Source: a virus (lineage: Duplodnaviria; Caudoviricetes). From it: a DNA stretch of 30,307 nt. The DNA lies in IMG/VR virus record IMGVR_UViG_3300035547_000103, positions 1-30,307 of that record; one strand, given 5' to 3'. Each line of letters opens with the position of its first letter. The stretch's first letter is position 1. The notes beneath the pieces are model-generated. The model searched no databases. It was not told where the DNA came from and saw nothing but the letters and a program-made list of their open reading frames with translations. Position numbers and translations under genes: made by a program. Below, piece after piece: positions 1 to 6,981 of this stretch.

Positions 1-59
1 TACCGACACGGCGGTTCTTTTGGCCATCTCTTGAAAATATTGGTTTTGCCTGTTTCTTA

Positions 60-72
60 TAAGTGCTTGATT
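60..72 (-). promoter_or_regulatory. IHF-binding site, left of att core
   Basis: Minus strand reads AATCAAGCACTTA, a perfect match to the IHF consensus WATCAANNNNTTR, next to the tRNA fragment. Confidence 0.6.
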
Positions 73-76
73 TTAC

Positions 77-127
77 TGGAGCCGGCGAGCAGACTCGAAC
101 TGCTGACTTGCTGATTACGAATCAGCT
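77..127 (-). tRNA. 3' half of tRNA-Thr(CGT); att core of the prophage, not a complete tRNA
   Basis: Minus strand shows anticodon arm GCTGA-TTCGTAA-TCAGC (anticodon CGT), variable loop, T arm AGCAG-TTCGAGT-CTGCT, acceptor 3' strand CGCCGGC, then T-CCA. There is no D arm or 5' acceptor strand beyond 127. The integrase is adjacent. Confidence 0.9.
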
Positions 128-141
128 TTCCATATTAATAA

Positions 142-184
142 AATCAGGTAGTTAGGGCCATGGGGAGCGCAAACGGAGCGAATT
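142..184 (+). promoter_or_regulatory. att arm: IHF-like site (142-154) and putative integrase arm-type direct repeat
   Basis: AATCAGGTAGTTA fits WATCARNNNNTTR. GGAGCG occurs twice (ggagcgcaaac-ggagcgaatt) between the core and the integrase stop. Confidence 0.5.
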
Positions 185-200
185 TCTTTGATTTTGTTTT

Positions 201-1175
201 TTAATATTTCAGCTTTTCCATTTCAGTTTTCAACCGATCCTGGACCACTTTGGCATATATCTGGGTGGTTCTCAGCTCCGTGTGCCCCAGGATCTTTTGC
301 ACCACCTCCAGGGGGATCCCGGCGGTGAGCATCTGGGTGGCGGCCGTGTGCCGCAGATCATGGAACCTGGATTTCACGCCGGCGGCCCGGGTAATCTCCC
401 GGTAATAGTTGGAAACGGTGGATGTGTGCTTGTATGAAAATATTTTCCCGATGTCCTGGGTCTTCACCACGTCGGCGGCACCGCCCACCAGCGGGATGGT
501 CCGCTCTTTTCCGCCCTTGCCATATATGGTGATGCTTCCGGCCTGGACATGCTCATATCTGGCGCGGATAATTTCACTGCGCCGGGTGCCGGTGAACAAT
601 GCAAACCGGATGATCCGGACCATCTCCGGTTTGTATGTGTCCGCCTGAGACTGGATCGCTTTGATTTCTGAATCGGTCATCACCCGGGGCAACGCCTGTC
701 CGGTCTTGACCATCCTGATCCTGGGCACGGCATCGATGAGCCCGGCGTCTTTGGCAAACCTCAGTGCCCCTTTGATGTGCCGCAGATAGGTGTTGATGGA
801 AGCCGGTCGTAGATCAGCCGTCCGGCACAGGGACTTGATTTTCTGGATGTCCTTGTCCGTGACCCGGTTGATCGGTACATCCCCGGCCGCGTCAATCAGC
901 TTTTTCAGTCCCAGGGCATCGGCCCGAAGCGTATCCGGAGACAGGTCCGCCCTGTCCGGGTGTTCAGTGTACCATTGCGTGTATTGTGACAGCAGCGGGC
1001 TGTTGTCTTTCTCCAGCTGCAAGATGTTGCCCCGGAGCACTTCCTTTTTGATCTCCGCAAATAGCCCTTTGGCAATCCTGGCGTCCCGGGTCTTCAGGCT
1101 TCGGCGCTTGCCGCCCGGGAATGCCACATACCACGTCTGTCTGTGCTGGTACAGCCTCATGATGCCCGGTATCAT
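201..1175 (-). CDS. int: Tyrosine recombinase / phage integrase
   Basis: Catalytic motifs TGTRRSEI (R), GKGGKER (K), FHDLRHT (HxxR), LGH and TTQIY (Y), plus an N-terminal arm-binding-like segment (WYVAFPGGKRRSLKT). Start at ATG 1175 or 1160 rather than 1307. Confidence 0.95.
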   Translation of the reverse strand: MIPGIMRLYQHRQTWYVAFPGGKRRSLKTRDARIAKGLFAEIKKEVLRGNILQLEKDNSPLLSQYTQWYTEHPDRADLSPDTLRADALGLKKLIDAAGDVPINRVTDKDIQKIKSLCRTADLRPASINTYLRHIKGALRFAKDAGLIDAVPRIRMVKTGQALPRVMTDSEIKAIQSQADTYKPEMVRIIRFALFTGTRRSEIIRARYEHVQAGSITIYGKGGKERTIPLVGGAADVVKTQDIGKIFSYKHTSTVSNYYREITRAAGVKSRFHDLRHTAATQMLTAGIPLEVVQKILGHTELRTTQIYAKVVQDRLKTEMEKLKY

Positions 1176-1176
1176 A

Positions 1177-1449
1177 TTACAGACTCCGCAAAATTGACAA
1201 GGCTTTTTCCCGGGTCCCGTAAAAATGGCTGAGCCGGTATTCGTCGATTGATTCTTTGTCAAAGATCCAGTCCCCGCGGTTGGAGTCCGGATCCGGATAC
1301 CCGACAATGTCCCGGCGCTCTGCCAGCTCGATCAGCTTTGCCCGGCTGTAACTGGAATACTTCACCGCTGCCGTCAGCTTCATCCACCTGGGGGAGGCGA
1401 TGCGTTCAGCAATCTTTGCGGCGAGTATGTCCAGTTCCGGGCCGGTCAT
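1177..1449 (-). CDS. xis: Excisionase-like winged-HTH protein
   Basis: About 90 aa immediately upstream of int. Pattern WMKLTAAVKYSSYSRAKLIELA...GDWIFDKESID resembles Xis/MerR-like HTH proteins. Confidence 0.7.
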   Translation of the reverse strand: MTGPELDILAAKIAERIASPRWMKLTAAVKYSSYSRAKLIELAERRDIVGYPDPDSNRGDWIFDKESIDEYRLSHFYGTREKALSILRSL

Positions 1450-1450
1450 A

Positions 1451-1540
1451 TCAGATGAATACCACTGCTCCGGCAAAATATCCGACTAATGCGGTGCACA
1501 ATAAAAAAACAACAAATAAGACATAATTGATTATCATCAT
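1451..1540 (-). CDS. 29-aa hydrophobic single-TM peptide (not in ORF track)
   Basis: Translates as MMIINYVLFVVFLLCTALVGYFAGAVVFI*. A GGAG SD-like sequence lies upstream (1548-1551), and the TGA stop is 1 nt before the xis ATG. Confidence 0.55.
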   Translation of the reverse strand: MMIINYVLFVVFLLCTALVGYFAGAVVFI

Positions 1541-1565
1541 TTTTCCACTCCATATTTTTTCCGGG

Positions 1566-2183
1566 TCATATCCCGGGCTTCATAAATACATACCAGTGTG
1601 TCATTGCCTTGCGGCCGCTTCTGTGGCCGAAGAGCGGCTGGAATGTGGCCACAGATAAAACATCTGCGGCTGGTACTTGCGTCTCATTCCATTTGAAGAC
1701 CAATACACCTTCCGGCTTCAGCACACGGAAACATTCATCGAATCCTCGCCGCAGATCATTTTTCCACTCCGGTCCCAACTTTCCATACTTAGCTGTCATC
1801 CAACTTCTTGGTCCGGCTCTGACAAGATGAGGCGGGTCAAATACGACAAGCCGAAATGAACAATCAGGGTATGGCATATCTCGAAAATCAACCAACTCAT
1901 CCGGGTCTATATTTACTGTGCGGGTGCCATCAGTTTTTCCGTGAGACCGATCAGATACCTTTAATGTTTCGCGCCGGTGATCGACATATAAAACGTCTGA
2001 ATTTTCACGATCAAACCACATCATGCGGCTACCACAACATGCGTCCAGAATTGGAGGAAGCCCAAAAAAAGGCCGGACCATCTTCAAAGAATCGTCTCTC
2101 ATGCTGTTTTTATTCCGTGGTGGAGCAGGTGGAGGTGGTGGCTTCACTGCACCTGCCGGGGGGTATGGATTTTTTATTCTCAT
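1566..2183 (-). CDS. Phage SAM-dependent DNA (amino, probably adenine) methyltransferase
   Basis: Motif I-like ILDACCGSRMMWFD and catalytic motif IV VVFDPPH, plus RVLKPEGVLVFKW. Pro-rich N-terminal extension, so the start is uncertain. Confidence 0.8.
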   Translation of the reverse strand: MRIKNPYPPAGAVKPPPPPAPPRNKNSMRDDSLKMVRPFFGLPPILDACCGSRMMWFDRENSDVLYVDHRRETLKVSDRSHGKTDGTRTVNIDPDELVDFRDMPYPDCSFRLVVFDPPHLVRAGPRSWMTAKYGKLGPEWKNDLRRGFDECFRVLKPEGVLVFKWNETQVPAADVLSVATFQPLFGHRSGRKAMTHWYVFMKPGI

Positions 2184-2236
2184 CTCGTTTCACTCCATTG
2201 GCCGGATGTTGTGTATGGTGACCTGGTCAGGCATAT

Positions 2237-2440
2237 TTAATTTTTAATTTCCTGCAAATCCTGATAAGCGGCGATCATCGCAACCAAATCACCAGACATA
2301 ACAGCCTTGTCTGCTTTTCTCAGGCTTTGTTCAATCATTGCAGCGCCGAACATTCCAGCAGGACCGATTTCTTTGTAATAACCTAACACTTTCCTTACTC
2401 TTGCCATTTCTTCAGGTAGTTTTTCTGCTAAAGTTCCCAT
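2237..2440 (-). CDS. Small phage hypothetical protein
   Basis: MGTLAEKLPEEMARVR..., with a GGAG SD upstream, inside the leftward operon. Confidence 0.65.
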   Translation of the reverse strand: MGTLAEKLPEEMARVRKVLGYYKEIGPAGMFGAAMIEQSLRKADKAVMSGDLVAMIAAYQDLQEIKN

Positions 2441-2457
2441 TATTTTATCTCCCTTAA

Positions 2458-3816
2458 TCACCTTATTAACTCCCTGCACAGCGCCCGGGCGGTCCGCCGT
2501 GGCACCGCGTTTCCAATCTGTTTCACTACCTGGCCCTTATTGCCGGCAAATTTATATCCGACAGGAAACCCCTGGGCCGCTGCCAGCTCATGGGGCTGCA
2601 ACATCCGCATACGGATATCCAAGGCTGGATGTTTTTCAAACACTTCGATCAGGCCGAATCGGTCCCGGGTGGTCACGGTGCCCAGCGGTCGGTCAATGCT
2701 TTGGGCTTTGCCTGTGCCGAAATATTTAATCAGGAACGGTTGAACCAGCTGTTCAGCCCCGGTGGTTGTCAATGTCGGCACAGGCATGTCAATGGACCTT
2801 ACCCTCATCTGTCCCGGGGCACCTTGTTGCTGTGGCAGCAAAAACGGTTCTATCAATCCATATCGGTTGCTTGTGTCAACCACGGGCAAGGGCTTGTCTG
2901 TCCCGTGTACCCGCTTTTCACCTCCTGCCCCGCCGTGGAATCTGGCCAAAAACGGCTGACACACACCCAGGTGCAAACCGCCCGCAGTGACGGCCGGAGC
3001 CGGGCGATCCACATCGGCCACGCGGCTGGTGCCAAAAAACTTCACCAGAAATTCCCTTCCGCCAAACTTATTCAACCCATATTCAATCCTGGCCAGGGTC
3101 TTTTCAGCCAGCGGCCGGCGGCGGTTGAATATGCTTTCCCCGGACAAAGACCAGTCTATAATTTCCCGGGCCGGGACCCATGGCATGGTTTTGCCGAACA
3201 AGTCCCGGCCACCCTGCTGGGTGTGAGTCGGTTCCGGCCACTGGATTTTTTTGTTCCCCCGCCGGGCGATCAGGAAAAACCGCTTCCGGGTGGTCGGGTC
3301 ACCGTAGTCAGCCGCATTCAGCACCCGGTAATCCACCCGGTATCCCAGGGACGTCAAAGCTGTGCAGAACGCCTGAAAAGTTGCACCACGTTTCGATTTC
3401 AAGGGCAATCCATTCACACCCAGCGGACCCCAGGTCTGGAACTCGGGCACATTTTCAATCAGGATGTTGTCAATATACAGGGCCTCCGCCCACCGGACGA
3501 TATGCCAGGCCGACGACCTGGACTGATCACACCGGGGAACACCGCCCCTGGCAATGCTGTGGTGGGTGCATTCGGGTGATGCCACAAGCAGGTTGATCCT
3601 GCCGGACGGATACAAGGTCCGGGGGTTGACAGCATCCAGGGTTTCACACAGATGTCTGGCCCCCGGGTAGTTTGCCGAGTGGGTTGCAACGGCGATATCC
3701 CAGTGGTTGATGGCGGTCAGGTCCACCCTAACCCCGATGGATTCAGCCGCCTGGAACAGCCCGGTGCTGGTGCCGCCGGCACCGCAGAAGAGGTCTGCTG
3801 CAAGGATGGTTTTCAT
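2458..3816 (-). CDS. DNA (cytosine-5)-methyltransferase
   Basis: Motifs DLFCGAGG (I), SPEC (IV, catalytic Cys), ENV (VI), TTRKRFF (VIII), RML...ELAAAQGF (IX) and QIGNAV (X). Confidence 0.93.
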   Translation of the reverse strand: MKTILAADLFCGAGGTSTGLFQAAESIGVRVDLTAINHWDIAVATHSANYPGARHLCETLDAVNPRTLYPSGRINLLVASPECTHHSIARGGVPRCDQSRSSAWHIVRWAEALYIDNILIENVPEFQTWGPLGVNGLPLKSKRGATFQAFCTALTSLGYRVDYRVLNAADYGDPTTRKRFFLIARRGNKKIQWPEPTHTQQGGRDLFGKTMPWVPAREIIDWSLSGESIFNRRRPLAEKTLARIEYGLNKFGGREFLVKFFGTSRVADVDRPAPAVTAGGLHLGVCQPFLARFHGGAGGEKRVHGTDKPLPVVDTSNRYGLIEPFLLPQQQGAPGQMRVRSIDMPVPTLTTTGAEQLVQPFLIKYFGTGKAQSIDRPLGTVTTRDRFGLIEVFEKHPALDIRMRMLQPHELAAAQGFPVGYKFAGNKGQVVKQIGNAVPRRTARALCRELIR

Positions 3817-4073
3817 ACCGACACCTTTTTATAAACCAGGCCTCTTTCTGGCTTGCAAAGAAGCGGGGGTCTGCATCCATAGCAGTAGTGGTCAAAAACA
3901 CGGATCCTGTCCGGATCTTCCATGCTGGCTGAAGCATTTCCGTCGCAATGAACACACCAAGACTCATGTTGTTTCCTGGTTAGACCAGATTTTGACAAAT
4001 CGACCAGGTGGTAACAAAGCCCTTCCATTTCAATAATCTGTTTTTGGGTCTCTCTGATTTCTGGTTCACTCAT
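3813..4073 (-). CDS. Cys-rich hypothetical protein
   Basis: ATGA-coupled at both ends; CVHC and CYGC motifs; GGAGG SD. Confidence 0.6.
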   Translation of the reverse strand: MSEPEIRETQKQIIEMEGLCYHLVDLSKSGLTRKQHESWCVHCDGNASASMEDPDRIRVFDHYCYGCRPPLLCKPERGLVYKKVSV

Positions 4074-4708
4074 GCCGTCACCTCCCACTTAAAACCAACC
4101 CCCACGCACATCACCCTGAAATGAACGAAGCTATAGCCATCGCGCTGCCTGTACCGGGTTGGGAATCCGGTATAGGGGTTGCGCTCCGGCACCTTCATTT
4201 CTATGATGCCGTCTTTGCCGATGCGTTCATGCCACATGGGGTTCCGATTCGGCGGGATGCTGCCGGGCTTGAAACTGCGTTTGTTCCGGCCGGTCAGTCC
4301 CTGGCCCTTGGTGCCGGCATTCCACGGCTTTCCGCCTTTTTGAAATTGACCCTTGAGCCCGGAAATGATCCGGCGATTTGCCATCAGGGCCCGGATCTGT
4401 TGCAGGGTGAAGTCGGTGCCGAACTTCTCGTTGACCATCCGGGTGATCTCCGGTTTCCATCGGCCCCGCGCGATTTTTCTGACATAGGCCACCTGGGCAC
4501 AGGTAAAAAGCCGCTCCCGATTTATCAGGCGTTTGCTATGTGGCCGGCCGCACTTGATTTTATTTTTTGCCAGGACGGTCCGGATGGCATTCACGGTACA
4601 GTCCATGCCGAATTTTTTGTTGAACGATGCTGTGACATCTTCCGCCTTCATTGTAGAATAAGCGTTTGCCAGAAACACCAGGTGGCGCTTGTTATATTTC
4701 TTTTTCAT
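4070..4708 (-). CDS. Phage HNH-family protein N-terminal region; catalytic HNH domain apparently missing
   Basis: Two repeated helical units followed by FQKGGKPWNAG...FKPGSIPPN...ERIGKDGIIEMKV, typical of phage HNH proteins. The ORF ends about 26 aa after TRY with no H-N-H motif. Confidence 0.65.
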   Translation of the reverse strand: MKKKYNKRHLVFLANAYSTMKAEDVTASFNKKFGMDCTVNAIRTVLAKNKIKCGRPHSKRLINRERLFTCAQVAYVRKIARGRWKPEITRMVNEKFGTDFTLQQIRALMANRRIISGLKGQFQKGGKPWNAGTKGQGLTGRNKRSFKPGSIPPNRNPMWHERIGKDGIIEMKVPERNPYTGFPTRYRQRDGYSFVHFRVMCVGVGFKWEVTA

Positions 4709-4940
4709 CGGATGCCCTCATGCCGATCATCTCCGGCGCTGACTTAATCAGCCCGTCATTGATTGATTTGTGCGCATCCAGTGCCAGCTTTGCGTTGTTG
4801 ATGATCTGGGATGCGATGCCGGTGATGGCTTTGGATCGTTGCAGTTCTTCCTGGAGCTGGTCTGCCTTGAGGTCGTCATCCGACAGCTTTTCCAGCTGGG
4901 CGAACAGGTGGTTGTTGAGATCGATGAGCTTGTTCTTCAT
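4692..4940 (-). CDS. Conserved small phage protein (commonly upstream of HNH genes)
   Basis: MKNKLIDLNNHLFAQLEKLSDDDL...RSKAITGIASQII; GGAGG SD and ATGA coupling at 4937-4940. Confidence 0.8.
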   Translation of the reverse strand: MKNKLIDLNNHLFAQLEKLSDDDLKADQLQEELQRSKAITGIASQIINNAKLALDAHKSINDGLIKSAPEMIGMRASDEKEI

Positions 4941-5587
4941 GCTGTCACCTCCCTGCCGATCGGCGGGCCTGCCTTCACCCATCCAGTGTTTTTCAGGAAA
5001 CCAGCCACTGCGTTCCGCCGGTCCTTTTCCTGTTTTTTTATCAGTGATTTTTTTTGTGTGGCGTTCTGGCAGACTTTGCAATAACAACTCAGACCGTCCA
5101 CATTGGTCCGATTCCGATAAAAATACTTGGGCGTGGCAGGCAACACCGGATCTTTGCATCTGGGGTTGCCACATTTTTTTGTCATGGGCGCGGGATCTGG
5201 ATTAGGTGGCGGGGCAGGTTTCTTTTCTATACCGGATTTTTTGGTATGGTCGGACAGTTTTTTTCTGTAGGCTTCTGTTTTTGAAGCAATGCCCGCATTG
5301 GCTTCAAACGCCAGGGCCGCCTTAATGGTTTTGAATCCAACCCTGTATCCCATTGTGATGGCCTGGGCCAGCGGGTCAACGCCGGGGAACAGCGGGATGA
5401 AGCGTTCACAGATCAAGCAGACGTTTTGGTCTTTATCGATTTTGTTTTGATTGGCGCAGACAAAATACCGGTGGCAGTAGTCACCGCGCCGGATCTGCCC
5501 GGGCTTGAGATTTATCGGCAGGTTTGAACGCAAAAAACCCGAAGCAGGGTTTCGGGCCTGTCCGGGTTTTTCAAATTGTCTTGCCAT
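4937..5587 (-). CDS. Zn-binding hypothetical protein, first gene of leftward operon
   Basis: AAGGAGG SD at 5593-5599; Cys clusters including KKCGNPRC...FYRNRTNVDGLSCYCKVC. Confidence 0.7.
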   Translation of the reverse strand: MARQFEKPGQARNPASGFLRSNLPINLKPGQIRRGDYCHRYFVCANQNKIDKDQNVCLICERFIPLFPGVDPLAQAITMGYRVGFKTIKAALAFEANAGIASKTEAYRKKLSDHTKKSGIEKKPAPPPNPDPAPMTKKCGNPRCKDPVLPATPKYFYRNRTNVDGLSCYCKVCQNATQKKSLIKKQEKDRRNAVAGFLKNTGWVKAGPPIGREVTA

Positions 5588-5604
5588 CGTGACCTCCTTG
5601 CAGA

Positions 5605-5626
5605 GGTCCGGGGGCGCTGTGTGATG
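5605..5626 (+). repeat. 22-bp exact repeat, copy 1 (GGTCCGGGGGCGCTGTGTGATG)
   Basis: Identical to 9718-9739. Confidence 0.95.
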
Positions 5627-5634
5627 TATCGATT

Positions 5635-5664
5635 ACGTTACAGGATGATTGCAGCGGGTGTCAA
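5635..5664 (-). promoter_or_regulatory. Leftward early promoter (pL-like)
   Basis: Minus strand TTGACA (5664-5659), 18-bp spacer, TAACGT (5640-5635); predicted start near 5628. Confidence 0.55.
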
Positions 5665-5692
5665 GAATTTTTTTTTCATGCGTATTTTTTTC

Positions 5693-5721
5693 TTGATTAT
5701 TTGTAGTCCATGGACTACATT
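5693..5721 (+). promoter_or_regulatory. TA operon promoter with 18-bp palindromic operator (5702-5719)
   Basis: TTGATT-17-TACATT. The perfect palindrome TGTAGTCCA-TGGACTACA overlaps the -10 box, and the toxin ATG follows at 5728. Confidence 0.75.
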
Positions 5722-5727
5722 GAAACC

Positions 5728-6021
5728 ATGCAATATGAAATCGAAAAAACCGACGTGTTTGACAAATGGCTCAAGAAACTTAGGGACAGACAGGCGGTCA
5801 TGGCTATTGCAAAACGGCTGGACCGGGTCATTCTCGGCAACTTCGGGGACGTGGCCCCGGTGGGGGACGGCATCAGCGAGATGCGCATTTTTGTCGGCAA
5901 GGGATATCGGCTGTATTATGTGATCCGCGACAACCGCATGGTCTTTTTGCTGTGCGGCGGGGACAAATCCACCCAGAAAAAAGACATCACCCGGGCCAAA
6001 ACCATGGCCAAAACAATATAG
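5728..6021 (+). CDS. Type II TA toxin, RelE/ParE superfamily (addiction module killer protein, HigB-like)
   Basis: FDKWLKKLRD...GNFGDVAPVGDGISEMRIFVGKGYRLYY...LLCGGDKSTQKKDI is the signature of this family. Confidence 0.92.
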   Translation: MQYEIEKTDVFDKWLKKLRDRQAVMAIAKRLDRVILGNFGDVAPVGDGISEMRIFVGKGYRLYYVIRDNRMVFLLCGGDKSTQKKDITRAKTMAKTI

Positions 6022-6029
6022 GAGGGCCT

Positions 6030-6308
6030 ATGAAAACAACCACCAGTCCATACAATCCGTTTGACTATCTGGAAACGGAAGAGGAAATCAACGAATATTT
6101 GAACGATGCGTTCGTGGACGATGACCCCCAGGTGTTTCTGGTCGCCCTGGGGCACCTGGCCAGAAAGCAGGGTATGCAGGAGGTGGCCAGAAGAACCGGT
6201 TTGAACCGGGAAAGCCTTTATAAATCGCTCTCAGGCGCCGGGAACCCGCACTTTATCACTGTGAAAAAAGTGATAAAGGCCCTGGGGTGCAAGTTGGAAG
6301 TGGCGTGA
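6030..6308 (+). CDS. Addiction module antidote (HigA-like HTH antitoxin)
   Basis: FDYLETEEEINEYL...ALGHLARKQGMQEVARRTGLNRESLYKSLS...NP; AGGAGG SD; toxin-first gene order. Confidence 0.92.
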   Translation: MKTTTSPYNPFDYLETEEEINEYLNDAFVDDDPQVFLVALGHLARKQGMQEVARRTGLNRESLYKSLSGAGNPHFITVKKVIKALGCKLEVA

Positions 6309-6559
6309 TGCTGCCGGAAAGCATTGAACCGGATTCCGTTCCCCGGGAAGTGGCGGAAAAAGCCATCCTGGAAGATATGCCGCTGATCAAAGCCTGGCGC
6401 CTTTACCTGGGCATGACACAGAAAGCGGTGGCAAAAAAAGCCGGCATCACCCAGGCGGCCCTGTCTCAGATGGAACGGGCGGAAAACACTAACCGGACCG
6501 CCACCCTGGAAAAGCTGGCCATGGCCCTGGGCGTGTCGGTGGCGCAGGTGCAGGATTGA
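6308..6559 (+). CDS. XRE-family HTH protein resembling the C-terminal part of a second, different HigA-type antitoxin
   Basis: TGATG-coupled to the antidote; VPREVAE...PLIKAWRLYLGMTQKAVAKKAGITQAALSQMER...TLEKLAMAL. Confidence 0.8.
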   Translation: MLPESIEPDSVPREVAEKAILEDMPLIKAWRLYLGMTQKAVAKKAGITQAALSQMERAENTNRTATLEKLAMALGVSVAQVQD

Positions 6560-6560
6560 T

Positions 6561-6605
6561 CTATGAAAACAACCACCTGTCCATACAATCCTTTTGACTA
6601 TTTGG
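6561..6605 (+). repeat. 45-bp imperfect copy of the antidote 5' end (6028-6072); gene stub
   Basis: Three mismatches in 45 bp; encodes MKTTTCPYNPFDYL and then diverges. Confidence 0.9.
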
Positions 6606-6607
6606 TT

Positions 6608-6641
6608 GTTGTCTATACATGTATATAAAAGTATAGACAAC
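6608..6641. promoter_or_regulatory. 11-bp inverted repeat, putative operator
   Basis: GTTGTCTATAC-N12-GTATAGACAAC with an AT-rich spacer. Confidence 0.5.
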
Positions 6642-6717
6642 CAGGGTTGCGTCTGATAAAATAATTGTCGTTTATATCTGCAACAGGCGACAACCATTTA
6701 ATGGAAAGGAATCCACC

Positions 6718-6951
6718 ATGGCCAAAAAAGAATCCGTCATTATCGACATTCGCATCAAACCGGGAACAATGGAAAAGATCGACGCGCTCACCCGCAGCCT
6801 TGAGGATTACCACCAGGCGAAACAGTCTGTTGATGCCTCCATCTAGGACCTTGAATCAGCGCTTACCCAAAGTCCGTTTCAGCTTGTCCAGACTGTTTTG
6901 AACAGACCGGAGGTCGTTGCCGCTGATCGTGAAGGAGAACTCACGGCATAG
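6718..6951 (+). pseudogene. Small ORF interrupted by in-frame TAG at 6844-6846
   Basis: AAAGGA SD; MAKKESVIIDIRIKPG...VDASI*DLESALTQ...ELTA*. The frame stays open for 34 more codons after the TAG. Confidence 0.4.
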
Positions 6952-6981
6952 GCATTCGATCTTTTGACAAAAATTTTTTGA

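Noticed and set aside
77-150. Complete functional tRNA-Thr gene
   Set aside because: The D arm and 5' acceptor strand are absent beyond 127; it is only the att duplication.
1176-1307. N-terminal 44-aa extension of the integrase in the ORF track
   Set aside because: It overlaps xis in another frame and looks non-coding; ATG 1175 or 1160 fits better.
2477-2486. CACAGCGCCC as a third copy of the 22-bp repeat
   Set aside because: Only 10 bp and inside a coding sequence; compatible with chance.
2590-3579. 329-aa plus-strand ORF
   Set aside because: Antisense shadow of the C5 methyltransferase, with no recognisable motifs.
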